This document shows, piece after piece, positions 56,571 through 64,000 of a stretch of 64,000 nt of DNA. This DNA is from an archaeon (GTDB lineage Archaea > Nanobdellota > Nanobdellia > Pacearchaeales > GW2011-AR1). Position 1 is the stretch's first letter; each line of letters starts with the position of its first letter. The stretch is from the NCBI GenBank assembly GCA_043810775.1, contig JBDRNU010000026.1, positions 1 to 64,000 on the forward strand, written 5' to 3'. Position numbers and translations under genes: made by a program. The notes under the pieces are model-generated. The model was not told where the DNA came from. It did not search any database and saw nothing but the letters and a program-made list of their open reading frames with translations.

Positions 56571-58208
56571 TTATTTCTTCCTTTTCTTCATAACTTTTCT
56601 TTGAACCTTTACTTTAGGTTTTTCTCCAGGTTTCTTTTTCCCTTTTCTTTTAGTCAGAAATAAATAAACTACTAAAATTACTATCAAAGCAATAATAAAT
56701 TTAATTAAATTTTTAGATAGATTCCTATTAGTTGCTCCATCTTCTTCTGGTTCAATTCCAGTCTGAAATTCAATTCCAAAACTAGAAGAAGGATTTGTAC
56801 TCACGATTAGTAGTGTTGTATGTCTTCCAACATCACTAAAAGTCCATTTAAACTGCACACCATTCCATCCGCTAGCAGTATGATTATACTTATTTCCAAA
56901 ACTACCTTTATCAAAAACCCATGTAAAATTCACAGCCCTATACTCATCTCCAACTGGCGCTGCAGGAGTTATAGGAACGCCCCCTTGAATTTGTGAAGGG
57001 CAATACTTTCCAGCTATACAATATATTCCAGGATTCGTGGTAATATTTATTTCAAGTGCATAAGTTCCAGATGCATTAAATTTGACTTCCTGTTGGTCAA
57101 AAATCTGGCCAAATGCGGGATAATCAATCCAGGCAAACACCTCTTTGCTATCTACTGAAGGATTAACTACCAAAATACTGACTAAAGTTCTGGCACTAGC
57201 TCCTCTTTCATCTGTAACAGTAAGCCAAATTGTCTTCTGTCCAGTACTTGAATAAGCATGAGTAAAACTATCAGAAGTTTCATTAGTTCCATCACCCAAA
57301 TCCCACTTCACGCTGACAATACTATCATCTATATCATAACTGGCATGTGAAAAACTAATTGAGGAAGAAATACTATAAACACTTCTATTCAAGGGACTAG
57401 TGATAATAGCTACTGGAGGAGTATTGTGCTCTTGTTGAGTCATCAGCAAATTATAAGACTCATTACAAATTGCTAAATTCACATTGCATGCATCAAAATA
57501 ATACTGCCTATTTTCATTTATACTATCTGAACTTCCATCAAAATCTTCATCTCCTAAAACCCAACTAGTAGACTCATAACCGTCTATAGTTCCTATTTTA
57601 GAATCCCATAAACCTAAAAATCCTCCATTTTTTTCATATATAGTAAAACTGATATTTTGCCCAATAAACCCACTGCCCTTAGTTACAAGTTTCACCCTAT
57701 CACTCTGATTAGCTACAAATATTTTCTGATCATGCATATTATTCCACTCAGAGCCTTCACCAAATTCAAAACCAACCTTACAGCATATCTTAAGATTATA
57801 AGCAGCGCACCCTCCAGCATGAGCATTGGTACTTCCAGACATAGAACCAACACACTCAAAACTCGGGCTGCAACTCCCAGCTTCATACTGGCATCCTAAA
57901 TTATCAAAACAAACATCAGTAGCATAATTTGTTAAAGGATATTCTTCAGCATGAGCATTAGTGACTGCTGACAATCCAACTATCCCATTACTTCCATCAC
58001 AAGCTACACTAGAAATTCCAGATTGTGTTTGAAAACAAGCTATATAATTATAGGTACTTGCCGGCATTGTTCCGGCATGAGCATTTGCAATGTCAGATAA
58101 TTTAAATAAAGAAGTTCCTGAACAATTAGCACTTCCAGTAACATCCGCATATACAAAACTAGAAAACAAAATAGCCAAAACTACTAATAACAAAAGCCTC
58201 TTTTTCAT
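56571..58208 (-). CDS. Surface protein with triple NAHA Cys-repeat, PKD domain and C-terminal TM
   Basis: Signal peptide from MKKRLL; NAHA three times; WDLGDG...HAY...LTVTD PKD. Confidence 0.85.
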   Translation of the reverse strand: MKKRLLLLVVLAILFSSFVYADVTGSANCSGTSLFKLSDIANAHAGTMPASTYNYIACFQTQSGISSVACDGSNGIVGLSAVTNAHAEEYPLTNYATDVCFDNLGCQYEAGSCSPSFECVGSMSGSTNAHAGGCAAYNLKICCKVGFEFGEGSEWNNMHDQKIFVANQSDRVKLVTKGSGFIGQNISFTIYEKNGGFLGLWDSKIGTIDGYESTSWVLGDEDFDGSSDSINENRQYYFDACNVNLAICNESYNLLMTQQEHNTPPVAIITSPLNRSVYSISSSISFSHASYDIDDSIVSVKWDLGDGTNETSDSFTHAYSSTGQKTIWLTVTDERGASARTLVSILVVNPSVDSKEVFAWIDYPAFGQIFDQQEVKFNASGTYALEINITTNPGIYCIAGKYCPSQIQGGVPITPAAPVGDEYRAVNFTWVFDKGSFGNKYNHTASGWNGVQFKWTFSDVGRHTTLLIVSTNPSSSFGIEFQTGIEPEEDGATNRNLSKNLIKFIIALIVILVVYLFLTKRKGKKKPGEKPKVKVQRKVMKKRKK

Positions 58209-58288
58209 ATTATATCCTATAAATCCTATACGTTTATAAAGTTTACTAATTTCCAAATATTTATAAATCAAATTTGATAATTGAAAGT

Positions 58289-58705
58289 ATGGCAGATTAT
58301 AACAGTTTATTAGAAGAAGCTTATAAAAAAATAAAACCTATTACTAGCAAGGGTGCTGAAAGATTTGAAATTCAAAAAGTGGAGGGTCACATTGAAGGAA
58401 ATAAAACTATAATTACAAACTTTGTTCAAATGTCAAATCATTTAAGAAGAAATCCAGACCACTTTTCTAAATACCTTTTAAGAGAGCTTGCAACTTCTGG
58501 TGTAATAGAAGGTGAAAGATTAGTTTTGCAAAGAAAAATTTCTTCATCAAGAATAAATGAAAAGATTGACTCATATGTAAAAGAATTTGTAATATGTAAA
58601 GAGTGTAAAAAACCTGATACTGAGCTAATAAAGCAAGATAGATTAATGTTCATTCATTGTTTAGCTTGTGGAGCTAAACATTCAGTGAGAGCTAAAATAA
58701 CTTAA
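58289..58705 (+). CDS. eif2b: Translation initiation factor aIF2 beta subunit
   Basis: RFEI, EG.KT...NF, C..C..PDT, C.ACGA. Confidence 0.95.
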   Translation: MADYNSLLEEAYKKIKPITSKGAERFEIQKVEGHIEGNKTIITNFVQMSNHLRRNPDHFSKYLLRELATSGVIEGERLVLQRKISSSRINEKIDSYVKEFVICKECKKPDTELIKQDRLMFIHCLACGAKHSVRAKIT

Positions 58706-58714
58706 GGAGGTAAA

Positions 58715-58882
58715 ATGGTTGAAGGTAGATGTATGAGATGTAAAGAGCAAAAAGAGATGAAAGATTTGAAGATTGAGAGAACATCCAGAGGCGGTTATAT
58801 CGCCAAAGGTAAATGCAAGGACTGCAACACAAAGATGGCAAAAATCCTCTCAAAAGATCAAGCAGAAAAACTAAAAGGATAA
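58715..58882 (+). CDS. Small Zn-ribbon protein (DUF5679-like)
   Basis: Not in the ORF track: MVEGRCMRCKEQKEM...KGKCKDCNTKMAKIL, SD GGAGG. Confidence 0.8.
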   Translation: MVEGRCMRCKEQKEMKDLKIERTSRGGYIAKGKCKDCNTKMAKILSKDQAEKLKG

Positions 58883-58892
58883 TTAAAGGAAA

Positions 58893-59189
58893 ATGTACTA
58901 TAAAGTACACAAATCATATAGGGAAGTAATTGCTATTTGTGATTCTGAATTACTTGGGAAGAAATTTGAAGAGGAAGATAAACTCCTTGAAGTTAGGGAA
59001 ACTTTTTATAATGGAGAAGAAGTAAGTGAAGCCAAAATTCACAAAATAATGGAAGATTTTGCAAAAGAAGACGCGACTTTTAATATAGTTGGAGAAAAAT
59101 CTGTTAATATTGCTCTAAAACTAGGCATAGTAAGTAAAGAAGGAATTAAAAAAGTGCAAGGCGTTCCTTTTGCATTAGTTCTTCTCTAA
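58893..59189 (+). CDS. DUF424-family protein
   Basis: AICD.ELLGK.F, FY.G, N.VG. Confidence 0.85.
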   Translation: MYYKVHKSYREVIAICDSELLGKKFEEEDKLLEVRETFYNGEEVSEAKIHKIMEDFAKEDATFNIVGEKSVNIALKLGIVSKEGIKKVQGVPFALVLL

Positions 59190-59723
59190 TAAAACAAAAA
59201 ATTCAACATTTTTTCCTTTCTCTCCCTTTATAGGAGACTTTGCAATTCCCAAAACAGTTGCTTCTCCATCCAAATCTTTTTTAACCTTATCAATTACATT
59301 TCCAAGATTTTCTTCTTTAAGAGTCCCTTTATCTAACCATTCTGGATAAGCCTCATACTGCGGCTTGACAAGAGAAATTATCTTTCCATCATTTTTTAAA
59401 TTTTTAATTGCATTAGGAATTATTTTTTTCTGAGGAGTCCATCCAACATCTATAGTAATAATATCTACTTTTTCAGGCAAAGTAACATACATTGCATTTA
59501 CCTCATCTATTACTTCAACTCTTTTATCATCTTTGAGCATAAAATGAAGCCTATTTCTACCATTATCAACTGAATACACTTTCAAAGCTCCTTTTTCAAG
59601 CAAAACTTGTACAAATCCTCCAGTTGAACTGCCAAGATCAGCGCATACCTTTTCTTTTATATCTATTCCAAACTTTTCAACAGCAAATTTTAACTTATCA
59701 TACCCCCTTGATACTGGTTTCAT
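59175..59723 (-). CDS. TlyA/FtsJ-like RNA methyltransferase without an S4 domain
   Basis: VSRG..KL, DLGSSTGGF, LVKPQYE, N.EF. Confidence 0.88.
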   Translation of the reverse strand: MKPVSRGYDKLKFAVEKFGIDIKEKVCADLGSSTGGFVQVLLEKGALKVYSVDNGRNRLHFMLKDDKRVEVIDEVNAMYVTLPEKVDIITIDVGWTPQKKIIPNAIKNLKNDGKIISLVKPQYEAYPEWLDKGTLKEENLGNVIDKVKKDLDGEATVLGIAKSPIKGEKGKNVEFFVLLEKN

Positions 59724-59753
59724 ATTAATAGTAAGAACTAATAATTAATAAAA

Positions 59754-60230
59754 TTAACTGACAAAATACCTTAAATTTTTCTTATGCCTTTTTTCTTTTA
59801 TTTTAGTTAAACTAGCTGAATAAGTCTTTTCTTTTTCCCCCTTTAACAACTCACCCATTTTATCCCTTTTCTCAACTAATCTTTTACTCCCCATTCTCCA
59901 AAAATACCATATATCAACTTGAGTCATTAATACAGCCTCATCAACCATATCATCAAATAAAGAAAGGTCTTCTTGAAGAACTATTTCACAAACTCTCTCC
60001 ATAAAATTATTTTCCACTTTTTTCCTAGCATCCACTAAGCTAAGGTTGCTTCTCCCATCTATTCTATTTTCATAACCCCTTGCAACTATTTTATAGTTTG
60101 AAGAAACAGGTTTTTCAAGCCATTTTTCAAAATCTCCCCTACTCTTAAAAAATTCAAAAAATTTCTCTCCACTAAGCTGTCCTCCCTTAATCTCTAAAAC
60201 AACATTATAATTTCCCAGTTCATCATTCAT
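59754..60230 (-). CDS. Hypothetical protein (ORFan)
   Basis: 158 aa. Confidence 0.6.
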   Translation of the reverse strand: MNDELGNYNVVLEIKGGQLSGEKFFEFFKSRGDFEKWLEKPVSSNYKIVARGYENRIDGRSNLSLVDARKKVENNFMERVCEIVLQEDLSLFDDMVDEAVLMTQVDIWYFWRMGSKRLVEKRDKMGELLKGEKEKTYSASLTKIKEKRHKKNLRYFVS

Positions 60231-60342
60231 TAAATCATCAGAATTACCTATATTTTTAAAATATTATATCACTTAAGTATATACTTTCAATACCTTTATA
60301 AAGCAATTCAAATTTGAGAATATAAGGAAAATTTAAGCTAAA

Positions 60343-60663
60343 ATGGCAAAAGAATATAGAAACAAAGAAGAACACGAAATAACTAGAGTTAGAACTCCAA
60401 GAGGGCGCGAAATTCTTGGTATAGTTGAACAAAGATTTGGAGGGATGAAAATGCTAGTTAAATGCCTTGATGGAATAGCTCGAAATTGTAGAATTCCAGG
60501 CAGATACAAGAGAAAACTCTGGATTAGAGAAGGTAATATTGTACTTGTAGAGCCATGGGAATTTGATAATAATAAGGGGGATATAATTTTTAAATATCAC
60601 CCAGCAGCAGTAGATTGGTTAAAGAAAAAAGGTTATCTAAAAGAAGTATCAGACGAATTTTAA
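60343..60663 (+). CDS. eif1a: Translation initiation factor aIF1A
   Basis: C.DG..R.CRIPGR, WIREG..V.V.PW. Confidence 0.95.
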   Translation: MAKEYRNKEEHEITRVRTPRGREILGIVEQRFGGMKMLVKCLDGIARNCRIPGRYKRKLWIREGNIVLVEPWEFDNNKGDIIFKYHPAAVDWLKKKGYLKEVSDEF

Positions 60664-60664
60664 A

Positions 60665-61171
60665 ATGCATAGCTTACCATTTGAAAACATAAGAAAAGTT
60701 ATAGCTCATAAGAAACTTCTTGAAAAAAAGCTAAAAGTTAAAATTTTAATTAAAAAAAAGTTTATAACTATTTCTGGAACTGAAGAAAATGAATATTTTG
60801 CAGTTAAGGTATTTGAAGCTATAGATGCAGACTTTCCAATAGATATATCCTTGCTTATTGCTGACTCTCCAGAAGAATATATGATTGAACATCTCTCTAT
60901 TAAAGAATTCACAAGAAGACCAAATTTAGCAGAAGTCCGAGCAAGAATTATTGGAAGAAAAGGAAAAACAAAACAAATAATAGAAGATCTTTCCAATTGC
61001 TATATTTCATTGCATGAAAATACAGTAAGTATAATAGGAAATACAGAAGATATAGGAAGAGCAACTCAAGCTATTACAAAACTAATACAGGGCAGCAAAC
61101 AGTCATCAGTTTATGGATTTTTAGAAAAATCAGGGAGAAGATTTTACTCTAATTTGGGACTAAAAAAATAA
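60665..61171 (+). CDS. KH-domain ribosome-maturation protein (Dim2/Pno1-like)
   Basis: ARIIGRKGKT, GSKQSSVY; follows aIF1A. Confidence 0.88.
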   Translation: MHSLPFENIRKVIAHKKLLEKKLKVKILIKKKFITISGTEENEYFAVKVFEAIDADFPIDISLLIADSPEEYMIEHLSIKEFTRRPNLAEVRARIIGRKGKTKQIIEDLSNCYISLHENTVSIIGNTEDIGRATQAITKLIQGSKQSSVYGFLEKSGRRFYSNLGLKK

Positions 61172-61282
61172 ACTAATAGTTCCTGTATTTCCAAGACATT
61201 TAAAGTTATAAAAAAAGCAACTTATAAGGTTTTATATGATAAACAATAAGGTTTAAAAGCAATTTTTAGCTAATTAAACTAA

Positions 61283-61355
61283 GTCCCGGTAGCTCAGCAG
61301 GTAGAGCAACTGACTGTTAATCAGTGGGTCAGAGGTTCGAGTCCTCTCCGGGACG
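61283..61355 (+). tRNA. tRNA-Asn(GUU)
   Basis: GTCCCGG/CCGGGAC acceptor stem, ACTGA-CTGTTAA-TCAGT anticodon arm. Confidence 0.96.
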
Positions 61356-61365
61356 TTTATTTCAA

Positions 61366-61773
61366 ATGAAAAAAGGGTTGAGAATTTTAACTATTTTAAT
61401 TATAGTTTTTTTAGTAATATCAATTGCAGTTTATATTGTTTATTTAATAAAAATAAACCAAGATATTAAGAAATATAATATAAGCACCTTGAAGATTGTG
61501 AAATGTTTCTCAAATTGTCCTTTTGAATATAACCAAACACTGAATAAAACCTGGATGACTTCTGAGTGTGTAAATTTCTGTATAGAAAAATATCAGATAG
61601 AATATCCAAGAATATCTGCCCAAAAGTATTTTGAAAAAATGGTTATTACTGAATTTGCCCAGTGTTTTAACAAAGAATATAATGAAGAAGAATTCAAATC
61701 GTGCCTTAATCAGGGTCTAGACGCATACACCTATATTATTGACCTATCAGAAGAAAATACAACTCCTAGTTAA
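61366..61773 (+). CDS. Membrane-anchored Cys-containing hypothetical protein
   Basis: Start moved downstream of the tRNA to MKKGLR; N-terminal TM; Cys pairs. Confidence 0.7.
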   Translation: MKKGLRILTILIIVFLVISIAVYIVYLIKINQDIKKYNISTLKIVKCFSNCPFEYNQTLNKTWMTSECVNFCIEKYQIEYPRISAQKYFEKMVITEFAQCFNKEYNEEEFKSCLNQGLDAYTYIIDLSEENTTPS

Positions 61774-61803
61774 ATTTTTATACCCTTTAAGCCTTATTTA
61801 AAA

Positions 61804-62364
61804 ATGGACCTAGATAAAGTAACAAAAGAGCGACATTCATGCAGAAGATTCACAAGAAAAAAACCAGACTGGAGAGATATAGTGCTGGCAATTAACTCTG
61901 CAAGAACAGCTCCAACTGCAGGAAACATCCCAACTATAAAATATATTTTAGTAGATGACTCAGAAAAAATAGCACAGCTCGCAGAAGCAGCAACTCAAGA
62001 CTTTGTTGCAGAAGCTCAGTATGTAGTTGTTGTCTGCACCAAACCAGATCAGTGTGTAAGAAGTTATGGTGAACGAGGAAAAAGATATTTCAGGCAGCAA
62101 ACAGGCGCAGCAATTCAAAACTTCTTGCTTAAAATAACTGAATTAGGCTTGGCGACTTGCTGGGTAGGAGCATTTGTTGACGATATGGTAAAGTATGCTC
62201 TACAAATACCTGAAGATATAGAAGTTGAAGCTATGTTCCCCATAGGATATGAAAGGCCTCCAAAATCTACTCAAAGGAAAAAACCAGATTTAGATATGTG
62301 TTTATACTTTAATGTATGGAAAAATAAGCACATGGTGCGCGTAAAAAGACCAGAAGCAGTATAA
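61804..62364 (+). CDS. Nitroreductase-family protein
   Basis: RHSCRRF, APTAGN, QNFLL...GLATCWVG, PIGY. Confidence 0.92.
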   Translation: MDLDKVTKERHSCRRFTRKKPDWRDIVLAINSARTAPTAGNIPTIKYILVDDSEKIAQLAEAATQDFVAEAQYVVVVCTKPDQCVRSYGERGKRYFRQQTGAAIQNFLLKITELGLATCWVGAFVDDMVKYALQIPEDIEVEAMFPIGYERPPKSTQRKKPDLDMCLYFNVWKNKHMVRVKRPEAV

Positions 62365-62385
62365 ATTTACTTCTCTTTTAATTAA

Positions 62386-62688
62386 TTAAAAATCATCATC
62401 GCCACTCCCACCACCCATCCAAAATCCAACCCTTTCATTAACATAAGATTCAAGTCCAAAAGTTAGTTGCTTATCTTTAACATAATGGATTATCCTATAA
62501 CTCTCAGCTTCCTGCCCATCCGTTCTTCTAAGAGCAACACAGCCATTATTTCCCCTAGCAACAATCTGAAATATTCCACAAGGCTCATATCCTAATTCTT
62601 CTGCTTCTCTCAAAACTTTTACTAAACTCTCACTCTCAAAAATAACTCTGCAATCTTTTCCATCCTGAATCCCATTAATCATAGGCAT
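62386..62688 (-). CDS. Hypothetical protein (ORFan)
   Basis: Likely start at MPMING, downstream of the ftsZ terminator. Confidence 0.55.
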   Translation of the reverse strand: MPMINGIQDGKDCRVIFESESLVKVLREAEELGYEPCGIFQIVARGNNGCVALRRTDGQEAESYRIIHYVKDKQLTFGLESYVNERVGFWMGGGSGDDDF

Positions 62689-62739
62689 AACAAATCTTGG
62701 ATTTATTAGTTTAAAAAGAAATCTATACTCTAAAATAAT

Positions 62740-62780
62740 CAATAAAAATAAAAAAAGCGGGCAGGCGTGAACCCGCCCAC
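62740..62780 (-). terminator. Intrinsic-type terminator after ftsZ
   Basis: Minus strand GTGGGCGGG-TTCACG-CCTGCCCGC (9 bp, 2 G-U) followed by TTTTTTTATTTTT. Confidence 0.75.
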
Positions 62781-62806
62781 AGAAGTAAAAGACTAAGGGA
62801 AAATTA

Positions 62807-63889
62807 TTATCTAAAAACTTCAATTCCTAGATCTGAGATTTCAGGCATTCCGTGACTTCTCGTATCCTCGAATCTTGGCTTGCCAAGAATATAAGGACTC
62901 TTTACTCCAGTCATAATAGTAATAACTCTAACTCTTCCTTCAAAATCCTTATTAATTCTAGCTCCAATAATAACTTGGGCTTCCGGACTTAGATTCTCTG
63001 TAACCATCATACCCACATTACTAAACTCTTCCAGTTTCATATCAGGTCCACAAGTTATATGTATAAGAGCTCCTGTAGCCCCTCTGTAATCAACATCTAG
63101 CAATGGGTGAGTCAAAGCCTGTCTAACTGCTTCATCTACTCTTGCAGCAGTATCGCTCTCGCCTATCCCAATGACAGCAACGTCTCCATTTTTCATAATA
63201 CTAGAGACATCCGCATAGTCCAGATTAATCAATGATGGCAAGGTAATTGTTTCCACAATTCCTTTAATCATTGTACTAACCAACTCATTAGCAACAGCAA
63301 AAGCCTGCTCAATAGGTAAATTTCCAGCAATATCAACAAGCCTATTATTATCTATTACTATCACTGTATCAGTCACTTCTCTTAATTCCTGTAAACCAAA
63401 CTCTGCCTTATCAATTCTAGCTTTCTCACAGTCAAAAGGCATAGTAGTAACTCCAATCACAACTGATCCAGTCTCTTTAGCTAACTGAGAAACAACTGGT
63501 GCTGCTCCAGTACCTGTTCCACCACCCATTCCAGCAATTACAAAAACCATATCTGCTCCAGAAACCGCTTTCTTTATTTCAGAAATAGCTTCTTTTGCAG
63601 CTTCTCTTCCTTTAGCAGGATATCCACCGCATCCTAATCCTCTAGTTAACTCTTTTCCAATTAAAATCTTTTCATCAGCCTTTGTAATACTTAAATGCAA
63701 TGCATCAGTATTCATTCCATAGACAGTTGCTCCATTAATACCCTTGTTAAATAACCAAGTAATAGCATTACTTCCAGCTCCGCCTACGCCAAAAACCTTA
63801 ATGTTAGCTTTCCCGGCCTTAAGTTCGTCAAAGTTAATACTGTGAGTTGAAGCGTTACTTATTGCCTCTTTTGCAAAATCCAATACCAT
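62807..63889 (-). CDS. ftsZ: Cell division protein FtsZ
   Basis: GVGGAG, GMGGGTGTG, INLDYAD. Confidence 0.98.
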   Translation of the reverse strand: MVLDFAKEAISNASTHSINFDELKAGKANIKVFGVGGAGSNAITWLFNKGINGATVYGMNTDALHLSITKADEKILIGKELTRGLGCGGYPAKGREAAKEAISEIKKAVSGADMVFVIAGMGGGTGTGAAPVVSQLAKETGSVVIGVTTMPFDCEKARIDKAEFGLQELREVTDTVIVIDNNRLVDIAGNLPIEQAFAVANELVSTMIKGIVETITLPSLINLDYADVSSIMKNGDVAVIGIGESDTAARVDEAVRQALTHPLLDVDYRGATGALIHITCGPDMKLEEFSNVGMMVTENLSPEAQVIIGARINKDFEGRVRVITIMTGVKSPYILGKPRFEDTRSHGMPEISDLGIEVFR

Positions 63890-64000
63890 GTTTTAAACCT
63901 CCTTTCAATTATCCTTGAGTATAAGAAGTATTATTAAATATTAAAGCAAACATTTAAATACTTCTTACACTTCTATTTAACATTAGAAAAAATATACTGA

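Noticed and set aside
50443-58282. 7-8 bp repeats around surface-protein genes (gataaaca 50443/52276; gataatt 56566/58276)
   Set aside because: Consistent with the target-duplication pattern but too short to separate from chance in AT-rich DNA

Overview
AT-rich archaeal chromosome segment, most consistent with a DPANN archaeon (Pacearchaeota/Woesearchaeota-like). The backbone is informational and housekeeping: topA, radB, rpoL, scpB, aRF1, valS, metG (frameshifted), pyrG, minD, rpl15e, lig, tbp, mcm, RPA, aIF2-beta, aIF1A, ftsZ and four tRNAs (Val, Gly, intron-containing Ile, Asn). Many ORFans and Cys-rich surface proteins are interleaved. Three things are not explained by the gene calls. (1) Directly upstream of a Xer/integron-like tyrosine recombinase, nt 64-654 fold on the + strand into one large multibranched structure, with an extrahelical T in the closing stem and tandem G.A pairs. 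It encloses two convergent, unannotated 47-48 aa membrane-peptide ORFs and looks like a folded single-strand gene cassette. (2) A ~90-150 nt multi-hairpin element with compensatory base changes occurs three times. Two copies lie between perfect 30-bp and 16-bp direct repeats, and the third abuts the 3' end of tRNA-Ile. (3) At least eight ORFan insertions are bracketed by 9-30 bp direct repeats that duplicate neighbouring stop codons or promoters, with no transposase or terminal inverted repeats. All folds and repeats were found by eye. No database searches or folding computations were run.
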